From: Octopus vulgaris
Lineage: Eukaryota
Length of the DNA: 64,000 bases
NCBI GenBank assembly: GCA_951406725.2
Contig: OX597821.1
Coordinates: forward strand, 15,066,001-15,130,000
Direction: 5' to 3'
Below are positions 13,852 to 27,877 of the stretch, piece by piece. The notes beneath the pieces are model-generated. The model saw nothing but the letters and a program-made list of their open reading frames with translations. It was not told the origin of the DNA and did not search any database. The position numbers and the translations under genes are program-made. The stretch's first letter is position 1. Each line of letters opens with the position of its first letter.

Positions 13852-14538
13852 CTGCAAGTTGACAATTCGACATCTTTATCAACGAGTTTGTTTTGTAAGG
13901 AGGGGAGAATTATCGAGATTCTCGGTTACCTTATAATAACTTATATGATTTGTGTCAGTTTCGGGAGGATAAAGGAGAAATCTCAGCGTATAAATTGGAA
14001 TTTGAAATTCTTTGGGGGCAAAATCGTCTCACATCTCATTCAGTGTCCTCTATACAAACTCTAATACTGTTATTTATTATTATTATTATCATTATTATTA
14101 GCAGTAGTAATAGTCGTAGTATTTTACGACAGAATCCATTTCACTTTTGTGTGTCGGAATATGAAACCACCTCGTGACTTGAGGGCTATATCAGTTGCAG
14201 TCATGTCAAAAGTGATACAGAAAATTAACATAACATCTGAAAGATTAATTGTTATTGAGTATCTTCTTAATTCACATTAATTTCTTATGATGGATGGTTT
14301 AGTAAGGACAGAGATTGGAATTGACTGGGGTTCTATTTTCATTTACTAAACTTAATGGTGTATTTGTTTGGTATATCAGTTTCTACATCCATAATAACTT
14401 CGATCTATCACGAGCAGATAAAGCGACACCGGTATACTAATATCTTAGCTGTTTTATAAATACAGAGGAGGCAACTTGTCAATGATACCAAATACAAAGA
14501 GCTCAAGCCTGTAATATTATATATAACTTTTACACAAA

Positions 14539-14952
14539 CATAGGCGTAGGGGTGGCTGTGTGGTAAGTAGCTTGCTAACCAACCACATGGTTCCGGGTTC
14601 AGTCCCACTGCGTGGCATCTTGGGCAAGAGTCTTCTGCTATAGCCCCGGGCCGACCAATGCCTTGTGAGTGGATTTGGTAGACGGAAACTGAAAGAAGCC
14701 TGTCGTATATATGTATATAAATATATATATATATGTATGTATGTGTGTGTTTGTGTGTCTGTGTTTGTTCCCCTAGCATTGCTTGACAACCGATGCTGGT
14801 GTGTTTACGTCCCCATCACTTAGCGGTTCGGCAAAAAGAGACCGATAGAATAAGTACTGGGCTTACAAAAAGTTGGTCAACTAAAGGCGGTGCTCCAGCA
14901 TGACCGCAGTCAAATGACTGAAACAAGTAAAAGAGTAAAAGAGTAAAGAGTA
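14539..14952 (+). mobile_element. SINE family C
   Basis: Head, CORE-like block, internal microsatellite and (AAGAGTA)n tail all present. Confidence 0.9.
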
Positions 14953-15129
14953 AATATATAAAGTTGAAGCGATGAAATGTCCTGTTACTATACACCTGTA
15001 CCACTCGCTTTAACTTTTATTGAAGCAGATGCTTTAGAAATAACCAATTCTTCAAAACTGGAGAAACACCTGATGACAGAATCATGCAGGACTGAGAAGT
15101 TTTGATTTTAATCTTATGAACACCTCACT

Positions 15130-15450
15130 TGGAAGCACTCCGTCGGTTACGACGACGAGGGTTCCGGTTGATCCGATCAAAGGAGCAGCCTGCTCGTGAA
15201 ATTAACGTGTAAGTGGCTGAGCACTCCACAGACACGTGTACCCTTAACGTAGTTCTCGGGGATATTCAGCGTGACACAGAGAGTGACAAGGCCGGCCCTT
15301 TGAAATACAGGTACAACAGAAACAGCAAGTAAGAGTGAGAGAAAGTTGTGGGGAAAGAGTACAGTAGGGATCACCACCATCCCTGCCGCAGCCTCGTGAG
15401 CTTTAGGTGTTTTCGCTCAATAAACACTCACAACGCCCGGTCTGGGAATC
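15130..15450 (-). mobile_element. 5'-truncated SINE family B
   Basis: Truncated within the B box; 12-bp TSD GAACACCTCACT at 15118-15129/15451-15462. Confidence 0.9.
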
Positions 15451-15462
15451 GAACACCTCACT

Positions 15463-15612
15463 ACACCACCGCCAGTACCATCGTCACCACCAGCAGCAGC
15501 AGCAGCAGCCCCATCATCAACAACAACAATAACAACAATAACTTCACCAACACCAGCACTAGTAGCAACAGCAGCAGCACCGCCCCTCACCCCTACCATC
15601 ACCAACAACACT
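15463..15612. repeat. Low-complexity CAC/CAG/CAA trinucleotide tract
   Basis: Directly visible. Confidence 0.8.
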
Positions 15613-15676
15613 ACGGTGCAATGAGCCAGTGTGAAAATCTCTATGTGGTCGCTCGTCCTGCAAGAAATAACAGAAT

Positions 15677-15922
15677 AAGGCGGCGAGCGAGCAGAATCGT
15701 TAGCACGCCGGACGAAATGCGCAGCCGTATTTCGTCTGCCGTTACGTTCTGAGTTCAAATTCCGCCGAGGTCGACTTTGCCTTTCATCATTTCGGGGTCA
15801 ATAAATTAAGTACCAGTTACGCACTGGGGTCGATATAATCCACTTAATCCGTTTGTCTGTCCTTGTTTGTCCCTCCTGTGTTTAGCCCCTTGTGGGTAGT
15901 AAAGAAATGGGTATTTCGCCTG
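15677..15922 (+). mobile_element. SINE family D
   Basis: Head GGCGGCGAGC..GCAGAATCG, B box GAGTTCAAATTCC, GACTTTGCCTTTCATC..GGGGTC block; ends by restarting its ATTTCG.CTG unit. Confidence 0.85.
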
Positions 15923-15949
15923 CATATATACGAAGGGCTTCTTTCGCTT

Positions 15950-16051
15950 GCATATATACGACGGGCTTCTTTCAGTTTCCGTCTACCTAATCCACTGACA
16001 AGGCTTTGGCCGGCCCGAAGCTATAGTAGAAGACACTTGCCCAAGGTGCCA
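15950..16051 (-). mobile_element. SINE family C fragment
   Basis: gcttctttcagtttccgtctacc...gacacttgcccaaggtgcca. Confidence 0.8.
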
Positions 16052-16459
16052 AGACATTATTCTCCTTCTTTATATAACAACATTATCGTTAAGTTTGTAT
16101 ACGGCTCTAAAAATTCATGCTTCAGTTACCAATATCAGATTAAACTAAAATAGCCAGCAAACTTGTATGTAAGTGCGGAGTAATTTAAGATTATGGCTGG
16201 ATTAAAATAATTTTAACGGTCATACAAATCAGATCATCATTATAACGCAAACACAGCTCTAACGGCAATATATATACGTATTTGAATATATTGTTATTGG
16301 TGTTGTGTTTTATTATATATATACTCACACATAGATATGTAAATGCATACGTTTATGTATATTTGTATGTTATGTATGTGTGTATGCATGTATGTATGTA
16401 TATTATATATGTGTGTATATATGTATATTTATATTTTATATATATACACACACGTATAT

Positions 16460-16566
<107 letters not shown>

Positions 16567-16577
16567 CATACATATAA

Positions 16578-16609
<32 letters not shown>

Positions 16610-17689
16610 ATGTGTGTGTGTGTCTGTGTGTGTCTGTGTGTGTCTGTGTATGTACAATTCTTTAAAGGAATAGTATAATATTGGCAGTGCCATCGAAGTT
16701 TCATCCGGTCGCTGACAAGGCCTTCGAAGTCACTATCAAAACTATTCTTGTTAAAAGATAATATTTACTGTACGAAATATATTGAGTAATTCTTCTGTTT
16801 AATGTAAAACTGTTTTTATTATAACATAAATACAAACGTTAATATTCCCGCACACACATATACATACAGACTGACATACATACACACAGAGAGACATGCT
16901 CCTACACACACATATTGGGATCAGTTTTCTTCCACCAAATTCTTATGGAACCTATTTGTTCATTATGCTGTAATCTATGACTGAAGCTTTAATGGTGCAG
17001 TTGTGAAACGAATTTCTTAAGAGTAAGGTTATTATTAGTTATTTATGTTGAACATTTGTGTTTCTTTTACATTAGTGAATACAACAAGTGTTATTTAAAA
17101 TTTGTACGTTTGACCAACAAGCTAGTTCTAAATCAGCTTATCTCATAAAACCTTCCACGAGTCCTTTTCAAACAGATCATAATATCTTGAATGTGTATAA
17201 TCAGCTTAAGTATCAACAATGGGGAAAGCAAATATAAGCGTATAATTGCAATTATACATTCTAAAATATATAATTTATCCTATAGTTCAATATTTACTAT
17301 ATATTTATTTACTTTATGTGAGAACCAAGGCTCCTTGTTAGAGAGGTTGGGACATATTATGACATTCTTAACTTTAACATTCCTTCTGCGCGTGTCAATT
17401 TAAGAGACTTCAGCGTAGACAGAAACATCTCCCGAGTGGTACATTTTTTCTGCACTACAATCTAGACAAGATCTTTATACACCTGTTTGATACTTACTGC
17501 CATTTATTTATGCAAATAAACATACATACATATATATATACCTACTCATTTCAATGTGATTCCGTAATGACACGTAGAAATGTAATTATCGACACTACTT
17601 TGAAGTCAGTTCTTGAGATGCACCGATTCGCAAAGAAAAGGTGTATGAATTGTTGCCATATATGTATGTTTGTATGTGTATATATATAT

Positions 17690-17699
17690 ACATATATAT

Positions 17700-17750
<51 letters not shown>

Positions 17751-17767
17751 CATATATATACATATAC

Positions 17768-17841
<74 letters not shown>

Positions 17842-17871
17842 ATATATACATATACATATATATATATATAC

Positions 17872-17931
<60 letters not shown>

Positions 17932-17950
17932 ATATACATATATATATATA
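17690..17950. repeat. (TA)n/(TACATA)n microsatellite
   Basis: Directly visible. Confidence 0.95.
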
Positions 17951-17975
17951 TGTTTTTGTTTTGTTTTTTGTTTTT

Positions 17976-18215
17976 CCAGTTTCAGCTCTTGAGCTGTGGC
18001 CATGCTGGGGCACCGCCATTGTGGTGAAAGAGTACAGCAGGGATCACCACCCCCTGCCGGAGCCTCGTAGAGCTTTTTAGGTGTTTTCGCTCAATAAACA
18101 CACACAACGCCCGGTCTGAGAATCGAAACCGCGATCCTGCGACCGCGAGTCCGCTGCCCTAACCACTAGGCCATTGCGCCTCTACTAGGCCATTGCGCCA
18201 CTAGGCCATTGCGCC

Positions 18216-18216
<1 letters not shown>
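17976..18216 (-). mobile_element. Chimeric SINE: A/B head with a triplicated 5' end, joined to a C-tail-like segment
   Basis: Head at 18019-18180; ACTAGGCCATTGCGCC occurs three times at 18165-18215; gtttcagctcttgagctgtggccatgctggggcaccgcc at about 17979-18017. Confidence 0.8.
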
Positions 18217-18286
<70 letters not shown>

Positions 18287-18314
18287 ATTTATACATATAT
18301 ACATATATATATAT

Positions 18315-18349
<35 letters not shown>

Positions 18350-18370
18350 CATATACATATGTATATATAT

Positions 18371-18498
<128 letters not shown>

Positions 18499-18501
18499 AT
18501 A

Positions 18502-18735
18502 TATTGTTATATTTCGGAATGGTCATTTTGCCAGTTTAGCCAATAAAAACACACGCATTATATATTTGGTGTTACTTTGCTTCAGTGTTATTTATTTTTT
18601 GCATTAATCTTAATCTTATTTCGGCCAGAGTTCTTTCGTCTGGCTAAACTGGCAAAATGACCATTCCGAAATATAACAGTATCTGTTTCAACACACGACT
18701 TCACATAAAAAATCTTGCACAACAAATATTTAAAC

Positions 18736-18740
<5 letters not shown>
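18502..18740. mobile_element. Second, internally deleted copy of the 8256-8725 fold-back element, in the opposite orientation
   Basis: High identity to 8313-8452, then jumps to the other arm and its outer extension; both ends lie in (TA)n. Confidence 0.85.
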
Positions 18741-18808
<68 letters not shown>

Positions 18809-18862
18809 ATATATACATATACATATATATATATACATATACATATATATATATACATATAC

Positions 18863-18893
<31 letters not shown>

Positions 18894-18910
18894 CATATAT
18901 ATACATATAC

Positions 18911-18970
<60 letters not shown>

Positions 18971-19030
18971 ATATATACATATACATATATATACATATAC
19001 ATATATATATATACACATATATATATATAC

Positions 19031-19081
<51 letters not shown>

Positions 19082-19366
19082 AATATATACATATATATAC
19101 ATATATATATATATATACATATATATACATACATACATATATATATACATATATATACACATATATATACACATATATATACATATATATATATATACAT
19201 ATGTATATATATACATATGTATATATACACATATATATACATACATATATACATATAAATACATATATATACATATATATACACATATAAATACATATAT
19301 ATATATACATATATATATACACATATAAATACATATATATATATATATATATACACATATAAATAC

Positions 19367-19421
<55 letters not shown>
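18741..19421. repeat. Long (TA)n/(TACATA)n microsatellite
   Basis: Directly visible. Confidence 0.95.
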
Positions 19422-19422
<1 letters not shown>

Positions 19423-20446
19423 GATTGATTTTGATTTTTCTAGTTTCAGCTTATGAGCTGTGGCCATGCTGGGGATAATCATTTATCTTTTAATTGTTTC
19501 AGGCTTTAGTGCGCAGCCATGTAGGAACACCGCCTTGCACAATTTTAGCGGACCAACTCGATACCAATACTGTTTTTTTTAAAGCCCGGTACTTATTCTA
19601 TCGGTCGTTTTGCCAAACCGCTGGATTACGGACGACATAAACACACCAACACCATATGCGCCTTCGTGGCCGTGAGGGTTTAAGTGTGCATTTGTGTATG
19701 TAAATATATGCATGCTTGCACGCACCAACAAATACACATAGGCAACATAAGCAAACACTGTGTATGGAAATCAAAATGCATATTCAAAGGGAGTGATGCA
19801 TAAAAGCTAACAGTGACTTCACTGAATTTGATACAAAATTCATAGCAAGTTCATAAAGTAAAGATTTACTGCATTAATGTTATGGCGTATTTTTGAGATA
19901 GAATTTTACGCTATTTTCACAAGATGCACTTAGCGGCAAGAAAACGAAAAGCACCAACAAAATTCAGATTTTAAGTTAGCACTATTTCTACCAAGACAGA
20001 ATTCTAAATAGGACAAGATTTTTCTGTAGATGTTTTACTAAAGAAATATTTATCTCATTTACATTTTTGTTTGACACACTGTCTTCAAAGAAGAGAAAAA
20101 CACTTTGTTCTGTAACAATGGTTATGTGCATACATCTAAATCAATTGCGCAGAAAAGTAAGAAATTTAACTAATGCATCTATTATATCATACATCTCAAT
20201 ACATTCCTGCCAATTTTAAGTGCAGATAGATGCGTCTGTTGTTAATTAGAACGTCTATCGATTAAAGCCGTTCAGAAACTACGTAATTGAAAATTAAATG
20301 CAAGATTCTTTAAAAGTTATTCGACAAAACTGACTTCGTTTTAGCAGACAGCTATTTAACTATTCAGTCTTCCTATATAAAATTATTTCTACATGAAATA
20401 AAATGAAAGAACTCACACGCATTAACATACATACGTGTATATGTAT

Positions 20447-20488
<42 letters not shown>

Positions 20489-20494
<6 letters not shown>

Positions 20495-21364
20495 GGTGCG
20501 ATGGGTAAATTGTCCCCATTTTATATTTCTAATTTCGCGCATTGTTTGTGTTTTTGATTTTGTCGACTACACAGTATAGCAGGGTCTGTTGGGCACTGTC
20601 TGTCAGAAAACCAATACCATGATTCAATTCACTTTGCCAAAGATTTGGAAACGACATGCTGTGCTGATTGGCCTTGGTGCCGGAAGCTCCTATACAAATA
20701 TTTCAGAGTGGTTGTTTGTCGATCTGAGGACAGTGCAATTTGAGGACACGTACCGAAAGTGATAAAAATCAAACATCCAGTCAACATCATGGTGTTTGGA
20801 GTGATCACTAGCTATATCTCTATTCATCGTCCCACACGGCCTCAGACTCAATACGGAGGCCTACATCAAGTGCCTGGAGGAAGTAATGCTGCTCTGGGTC
20901 AAGAGGGTGGCTGCTGGAAGACATATCTGGCAACAGGACTCTGTACCATGCCACACAAACAGAAGAACCCAGTCATGGCTGTTAGAAAATGTCTGCGACC
21001 ACATCACCCTTGACGTTTGACCGCCTAACTTCCCAAACTGCAATCTCCTTCATTATTATGTGTGGGGCGCAATTCAGTGAGAGACCAACATTAATCCTTG
21101 TAACACCTAAGATGAACTGAAGGCAAGGATTATGGCAACACTCACCAACTTAAACAAGGGGACCGCCCAGAAGAGTTGCAGGAGATTCCTAAGTCGTCTG
21201 GAGGCCTGGGTTGAAGCTAATGGCGGTTTTATTGAGTAAATTTACTCTTCAGTATTGCAAGATATTTTTAATGTAATTTTGGTAAATATATCTGTCAAAA
21301 TGAGATGTCAGTGTTATTTTCATTTTTGCGTAATTTAGACCGCAAATTATTAATCGCACCCTAT
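20489..21364 (+). mobile_element. Tc1/mariner DNA transposon relic, DD37D (maT-like), internally deleted
   Basis: Imperfect TIRs (..GGTGCGAT../..ATCGCACC..) flanked by TA; translates to KHPVNIMVFGVITS, WQQDSVPCHT and *PPNFPNCNLLHYYVWG; 37 residues separate the second D from the mutated third-D position (CAT, presumably from GAT). Confidence 0.85.
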
Positions 21365-21647
21365 ACATGTGTGTATATATTTATATACATGGTGTGAATA
21401 TATATACACACATATATAGTAAATACATATGTATACACATAAATATATATTACATATACATACGTACACACACACATACACACACTTACACACAGAGACT
21501 CTCTCTCGCACAGACACATATGTATATAGACACACATGCACGCACATATACATACATACGTATATATATATGTATATCTTTCTCTCTCTCTATATATATA
21601 TGTATATGTATGTATATATGAATATTTACATGTATATATATATATGG

Positions 21648-21704
<57 letters not shown>

Positions 21705-22243
21705 TACATATATACATACATATATATATTTACTTCTATCAGAATAGTACAAAATACTCAGTTTTTTGTTTGAGTGCGTAGAAAAGCTACTTATGAATGA
21801 ACATTTTCAAAATGTAATCATTATTAAGATGCGGATATCCTTTGAGAGAAAAAGTTTTGGCGAATGCCCTGTGATATAACACCTGCAAGTCTAATGCATA
21901 CCGGTAATCTTGCTCCTGCTTGTCACCAGATATTTAGTTTTAGATATTAAGAGACAAAAGTCATTATTAGCTACTGATGTACATATGAGTAATATGAGAC
22001 GGCTAGCATCTGACACGAAAAAATAATCAATATATATGTGTGCACATCTTTGCGTGTGTTGATGTGTGTGGAATGTGTGTGAGTGTGGCTTATGCATGAG
22101 TGTGCATATGTATGCTGTCTATCTGTGCATGTGTGTGTGTATGTGTGTGTGCGCGCGTGTGTGTGTGTAAACTTGGTGCTTTCGCTTGTTGAATGCTATC
22201 CCAACAGTAACAGAATATACAGCAGAGAAAAGCTGGGTCGATT

Positions 22244-22261
22244 GACAGACAGACAGACAGG

Positions 22262-22331
<70 letters not shown>

Positions 22332-22350
22332 CATACATACATACATACAT
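22244..22350. repeat. (GACA)n(GATA)n(TACA)n microsatellite
   Basis: Directly visible. Confidence 0.95.
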
Positions 22351-23300
22351 AGTGAGATAGATAGATAAAGACAGAGAGAAAGAGAGAAAGAAAGGAAGAG
22401 AGGGAGAGAGAGAGAATCATGTGGGATACAGAATATTGTCTATGTACAAAGAGATTGTGTTAACTAGATACGTAAATAGGAGGCATTTTGTAGATTTTTC
22501 GGAGATGTACTTCTCTAGTAAGTGATTTGATCTGAGACTGTCTTTTAGAGACAACGTCACAGTTGGTGCCACGAAATTCTGATACCAAATACGTGTTTAA
22601 GTACAGCTAACAATCTTTGTGTTTCTGAACAGATAATATGCACCTTCTGCACTGTAATTGCTGAAAGTGTAGATTAAAATATGTAAACGAATTTCTTACC
22701 TTATAAAGTGATACAGTTTCATACTTGAATGTACACTACATAACATATTGCCTATGAAAATGACTGAACAGATGTCAAGCAACGTGTTTGTCAAAAATCA
22801 TTTTCGTTAAGCTATTAGATAAGCATTTAACTCATGAAAATATTATTATTCTCTAAACAATATTACAATATTCAAAGAAACTTTCGAAGAATTTAACTAT
22901 TGAAAAACTGTTTTCTGAACTTATATGATTTATATTTCATAAACATGTTCAAATTGTGGTCTGAACTTATGTAGTTTTTTAAATATATAACAACTCTCTT
23001 CTGTATCATGGTTACTTTATTTTTAAGATTCTGCTCTTTTCTAGGAACATTTTACTTTCTATTTGGCAGAGAGAAAAGTAAAAATATATATTATTAACAG
23101 GATTGTTATATTTTTAGTATTATCTTCAAGAAAAATTATTCCATCGTTTCTGCTATTGATTTAGAAAATGGCGTGTTTAAATAACTTTATTAAATTTGTT
23201 GCTAATACAATATATCATCAATATAATTTCGGTTAGATTTACCCTATATCGTATCCATTGCAAAGATTGTTTTGTAATTCATGTCATAAGAATACTATGA

Positions 23301-23323
23301 TACTACTACTACTACTGCTACTG

Positions 23324-23356
<33 letters not shown>

Positions 23357-23374
23357 ATAATAATAATAATAATA
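23301..23374. repeat. (CTA)n(TAA)n microsatellite
   Basis: Directly visible. Confidence 0.95.
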
Positions 23375-24094
23375 TTTCAAAGAATTTCATTATACCCTGA
23401 AAGACACATTTTATCAAATCTAAAATTGAAATATATATTCTATAATTAGTTTTAAATACGTTTAGTTTTGAACATTTGAGAAAAATAAAGAAATCGCATT
23501 GTAATATGAAGAATCAAAAATAGCTTATATATTTCAGCGTATACTTCTCAACTCACAAGTAAATTGCTTCTACAGAATTTACAATAAAAACACCAATAAT
23601 ATATTCACTAATATTAACCATTGCACAATTACTACCATTCTTATCGTCAGCAACAATGTATTTCTTAATCCTGATGCATCTGCATGTAAACCACGACAAT
23701 CACATAAATATACTCCTTCGGCTACAATAATTTCTAATCGCTAATACAAGGTGTAAGCATCTAATTTTTTTATTGCACACAAGGGAAATATTGGGGAAAG
23801 AATAAATCAAATCATTTGTGTTTTAATAAGCTGTGAACTTGAGGCATGAATGAATATTCCCTTGAAACACAAAAATAATAAAGAGTTATCCAAGCCTTAT
23901 ATTGCTCTTAAATTTTACTGAAACTTCGACAAAAGTTATTCCAGTAACAAAATCTTGAAAATAAGGTACGAGTTGCAAAATAGGAGACCATCAGCAAGAA
24001 CAGTTCTGATAGATTTTCCATTCAGTCATTCGATCGTCTATTTTAGTAGTAAGCACCTTCCGTCAACTTCTCTCCATTTATCAACTGCTCGAAT

Positions 24095-24487
24095 GGGATG
24101 GATGGAAGCACTCCGTCGGTTACGACGACGAGGGTTCCGGTTGATCCGAATCAACGGAACAGCCTGCTCGTGAAATTAACGTGTAAGTGGCTGAACACTC
24201 CCAGACACGTGTACCCTTAACGTAGTTCTCGGGGATATTCAGCGTGACACAGAGAATGACAAGGCTGGCCCTTTGAAATACAGGTACAACAGAAACAGGA
24301 AGTAAGAGTGAGAGAAAGTTGTGGTGAAAGAGTACAGCAGGGATCACCACCATCCCCTGCCGGAGCATCGTGGAGCTTTTAGGTGTTTTCGCTCAATAAA
24401 CACTCACAACGCCCGATCTGGGAATCGAAACCGCGATCCTACGACCGCGAGTCCGCTGCCCTAACCACTGGGCCATTGCGCCTCCAC
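24095..24487 (-). mobile_element. Full-length SINE family B
   Basis: Intact A/B boxes; 11-bp TSD ACTGCTCGAAT at 24084-24094/24488-24498; (CATC)n tail. Confidence 0.92.
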
Positions 24488-25360
24488 ACTGCTCGAATAT
24501 CACCTGTAAAACTAACAAATATGATAGTAGATTCAGCTGTTTATTCGTTTAGCATAATGCAGCTATCATTAGAAGTAGAATGTGGAAAAAAAAAAAAAAA
24601 ACTAGAAAAAGGAAAAATATATAGGGGAAATTCCCAAACTTTGAATCCCATATGTAATATGTATGTATTATGTTTGAGAGAAAATGGATAATTCACAGTA
24701 AGCAAAAATATTCGAAATTCAAATATTTAAGTAATGAATGAAAAATAAACAACTAAAGCCTGTCGGTATGAAAATCATGACATTTCATAGCTGTTAATTT
24801 CGAATTCAAGTTACAGCAGAGCTTCAGCTGCAGTGGCGAGCCACTTGAGAACTGATTAAACAAACATATTATTAAATCCACGCTACCTGTGAATGGCAAA
24901 CTCTTCGTTTATCAAGGGTCTTGTAAATAAAAATATGCACGAACAGACATTTCATTTTTAAGAGGTCAGTGTGTGATTTGTAAACAAGTTCTCCGATTCG
25001 ACTGTTTATACTTTACAACGATTGTTTGTATGTATGTTGAAATCCGCATAGGGGAGGTGAACAGGCACTACAAATTATGCTACTGAGTTAAAAACAAACC
25101 GTGAGCATTATAAGAGGTGGAAGGTGCAGGAAAGTGATAAAGGTTGCAATGTTCTGGATACGAAACATTAGAACAATATTTCTTGAAGATAATACTAAAA
25201 ATAAAACAATCCTGTTAAGAATATGTACTTACTATTTTTGTAAGGCTTTCGGCCAAATAGCAAGTATAATGCTCCCAGGAGGTGAGAAGCGGGGGTTGAG
25301 AGAAAGAAACACCAAAGAGGACAAGAGAAACAGAGAAAGAGAGAGAGAGAGTGAGAGAAT

Positions 25361-25396
<36 letters not shown>

Positions 25397-25728
25397 ATAC
25401 AGAGAGAAAAGGAAACATAAGGAGAGAATGAGATATGTATAGGGAGAAAGTAAGGAAGTTAGGGAGAGGGAAAGGAAGCTCTAGTAGTATAGAAAAGATG
25501 TTCAACATTCCTACTAACTTATGTTATTGGGTAGGTGAGAGTGACAAGAAACAAAAAATGGATGAAATAGATACGAAACCAGAGGAGATGAAACGCATTA
25601 ACTTGAAGGAAATCCGAACACAACTCAATGCGTGAACCTCTATCGTTTGATGCAACCAAATAGATATAGCAGCAAATTTTCCCTCAAATGAAATTCAACA
25701 TTCTACCTCATTAGAGCTATACATTAGA

Positions 25729-26151
25729 CATAGGCGCAGGAGTGGCTGTGTGGTAAGTAGCTTGTTTACCAACCACATGGTTCCGGGTTCAGTCCCACTG
25801 CGTGGCACCTTGGGCAAGTGTCTTCTACTATAGCCTCGGGCCGACCAATGCCTTGTGAGTGGATTTGGTAGACGGAAACTGAAAGAAGCCGTCGTATATA
25901 TGTATATATATATATATATATGCGTGTGTGTGTTTGTGTGTCTGTGTTTTTCCCCCTAGCATTGCTTGACAACCGATGCTGGTGTGTTTATGTCCCCGTT
26001 ACTTAGCAGTTCGGCAAAAGAACCGATAGAATAAGTAATGGGCTTACAAAAGAATAAGTCCCGGGGTCGAGTTGGTCGATTAAAGGCCGTGCTCCAGCAT
26101 GGCCGCAGTCAAATGACTGAAACAAGTAAAAGAGTAAAAGAGTAAAGAGTA
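25729..26151 (+). mobile_element. Full-length SINE family C
   Basis: Complete head, CORE-like block, microsatellite and tail; appears inserted into an older repeat (about 25645-26240). Confidence 0.92.
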
Positions 26152-26397
26152 ATAAAGTCAAGATGTGTTAGTAATGGGATGGTCGCATTCATAACTATGC
26201 TCGACCAGCAGCGACCTAGGGTTTAGCAATAACAGCAACAATTAACCAAACCCTTTCATAAACAATCAAGATTCCAATTTGGAGAAAATGAGTGGAGCAG
26301 CAACTACATAGTTTGCGATAAGAAAGAATGTAAAGAACAGAGGCAAAAACAGTAGAGCAGGTAAATCGGTTGAAATATTACGTAATATAGCATCACA

Positions 26398-26709
26398 TGT
26401 GGAGGCGCAATGGCCCAGTGGTTAGGGCAGCGGACTCGCGGTCGTAGGATCGCGGTTTCGATTCCCAGACCGGGCGTTGTGAGTGTTTATTGAGCGAAAA
26501 CACCTAAAGCTCCACGAGGCTCCGGCAGGGGGTGGTGGCGAACCCTGCTGTACCCTTTCGCCACAACTTTCTCTCACTCTTTCTTCTGTTGGGCTGCTCG
26601 CTTAGCCAGCCGGGTGGCGTCATTTGAAGGCTAAAACAATGCGAAGCGCATTGTGACCAGCAATGTGTAGCAACATCTGATAGCCTGGTCGGTCACGGTG
26701 ATCACGGTG
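26398..26709 (+). mobile_element. Full-length SINE family A
   Basis: A/B boxes; 11-bp TSD ATAGCATCACA at 26387-26397/26710-26720; (TCACGGTGA) tail repeats. Confidence 0.92.
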
Positions 26710-26964
26710 ATAGCATCACAGGCACTATACAGGTGATTTGTATATCGGTGGAGATGAAATAGAAGAATAAATCTTATAATAAGTAAATTAGATGAAATAT
26801 GTGAACAGTAGAAGAGAATCTCTAACACCGTATGTGCGTGCGTGTTATGTATATATGTGTAAACTGGAAGGCGCCAGGTAAGATGAGTATACAGAGGAAT
26901 GCCCAAAGAAAGGAGGAGTGACAGTGATTGAATGGTTAGTGAGGCTTATGAATGTTTGTTATAT

Positions 26965-27320
26965 GGCTGGAAGAGTACCAAAGCACTGGTGCAGTACCTT
27001 TATAGTTCTACGATACAAGGGGAAAGGGGATAAATGTGAGTGTGGAAATTTGAGGAGGTATAAGTCTGTTGTGTGTGGTTGGTAAACTGTATGGGAGAAT
27101 TCTGATTGTAAGCGTAAGAATTCTGATTGTAAGGACAGGATCAGTGTGGTTTTAGGAGAGGAAGGGGGGGGGTGCAGATCAAATATTTGTAGTAAGGCAG
27201 ATGTGTGAGAAGTTTTTGGCAAAAGGTGGGGGGTAGATTTATTGGGCCTTTATGAACCTACGGAAAGCATATGACCATGTTGATAGCGATGCAATCTGGT
27301 TCGTGTTGCGGTTGTATGGA
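26965..27320 (+). pseudogene. Degraded RTE-clade reverse transcriptase fragment
   Basis: Frameshifted translation VPKHW..IV..YKGK/GDKCECGN../GISLLCVVGKLYGRILI, DQCGFRRGRG/ADQIF, AFMNLRKAYDHVD. Confidence 0.8.
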
Positions 27321-27539
27321 GTAGATAGTAGATTTTATATGTTCATATTAAGATTGGCCTGAGAAACGAGGTTATAAGAAAAAGGTTTACTGAGCCCTGA
27401 AAAATATATTACCAAAATGATGACCCACCGAAAGTACAAAATGAGGTTTAATAACGAAAAGACAATCAGCTAAAAAGAGGAATCCTGAACGGAGACTTTT
27501 CCTGCAAACATATGTCAAAGCTGATAAAGTAACATAGAG

Positions 27540-27792
27540 ATGGTCAAGACAAAGATTTTTAAAGAAGCAAACAAAAGGACTGATCTTGGCTGCACAAGAA
27601 CAGGCCTTACAAAACAACTCAGTCAAATGTAGCAGTAGCATGTCCGCGTGAATTTTGTGAAAAATCATCTCTGAGGCAGTTAGACCCATAATTAGTGGCT
27701 GCTCAAAACCGCCACCCCACCAAAAAAAAACGGCATAACAAAGTTGCTGAGCATATACACTGGCAATGTGTAGGAAGTATAGCTAGAATCAC

Positions 27793-27838
<46 letters not shown>

Positions 27839-27839
27839 C

Positions 27840-27877
<38 letters not shown>

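Noticed and set aside
15348-15758. 134-aa and 113-aa ORFs with S/N/H or A/G runs resembling a transcription-factor exon
   Set aside because: Composite of SINE B, a trinucleotide tract and SINE D; no domain or splice support
22693-22760. Minus-strand TTTTCATAG ... AAG|GTAAGA possible small exon
   Set aside because: Weak pyrimidine tract and no recognisable coding content; expected by chance
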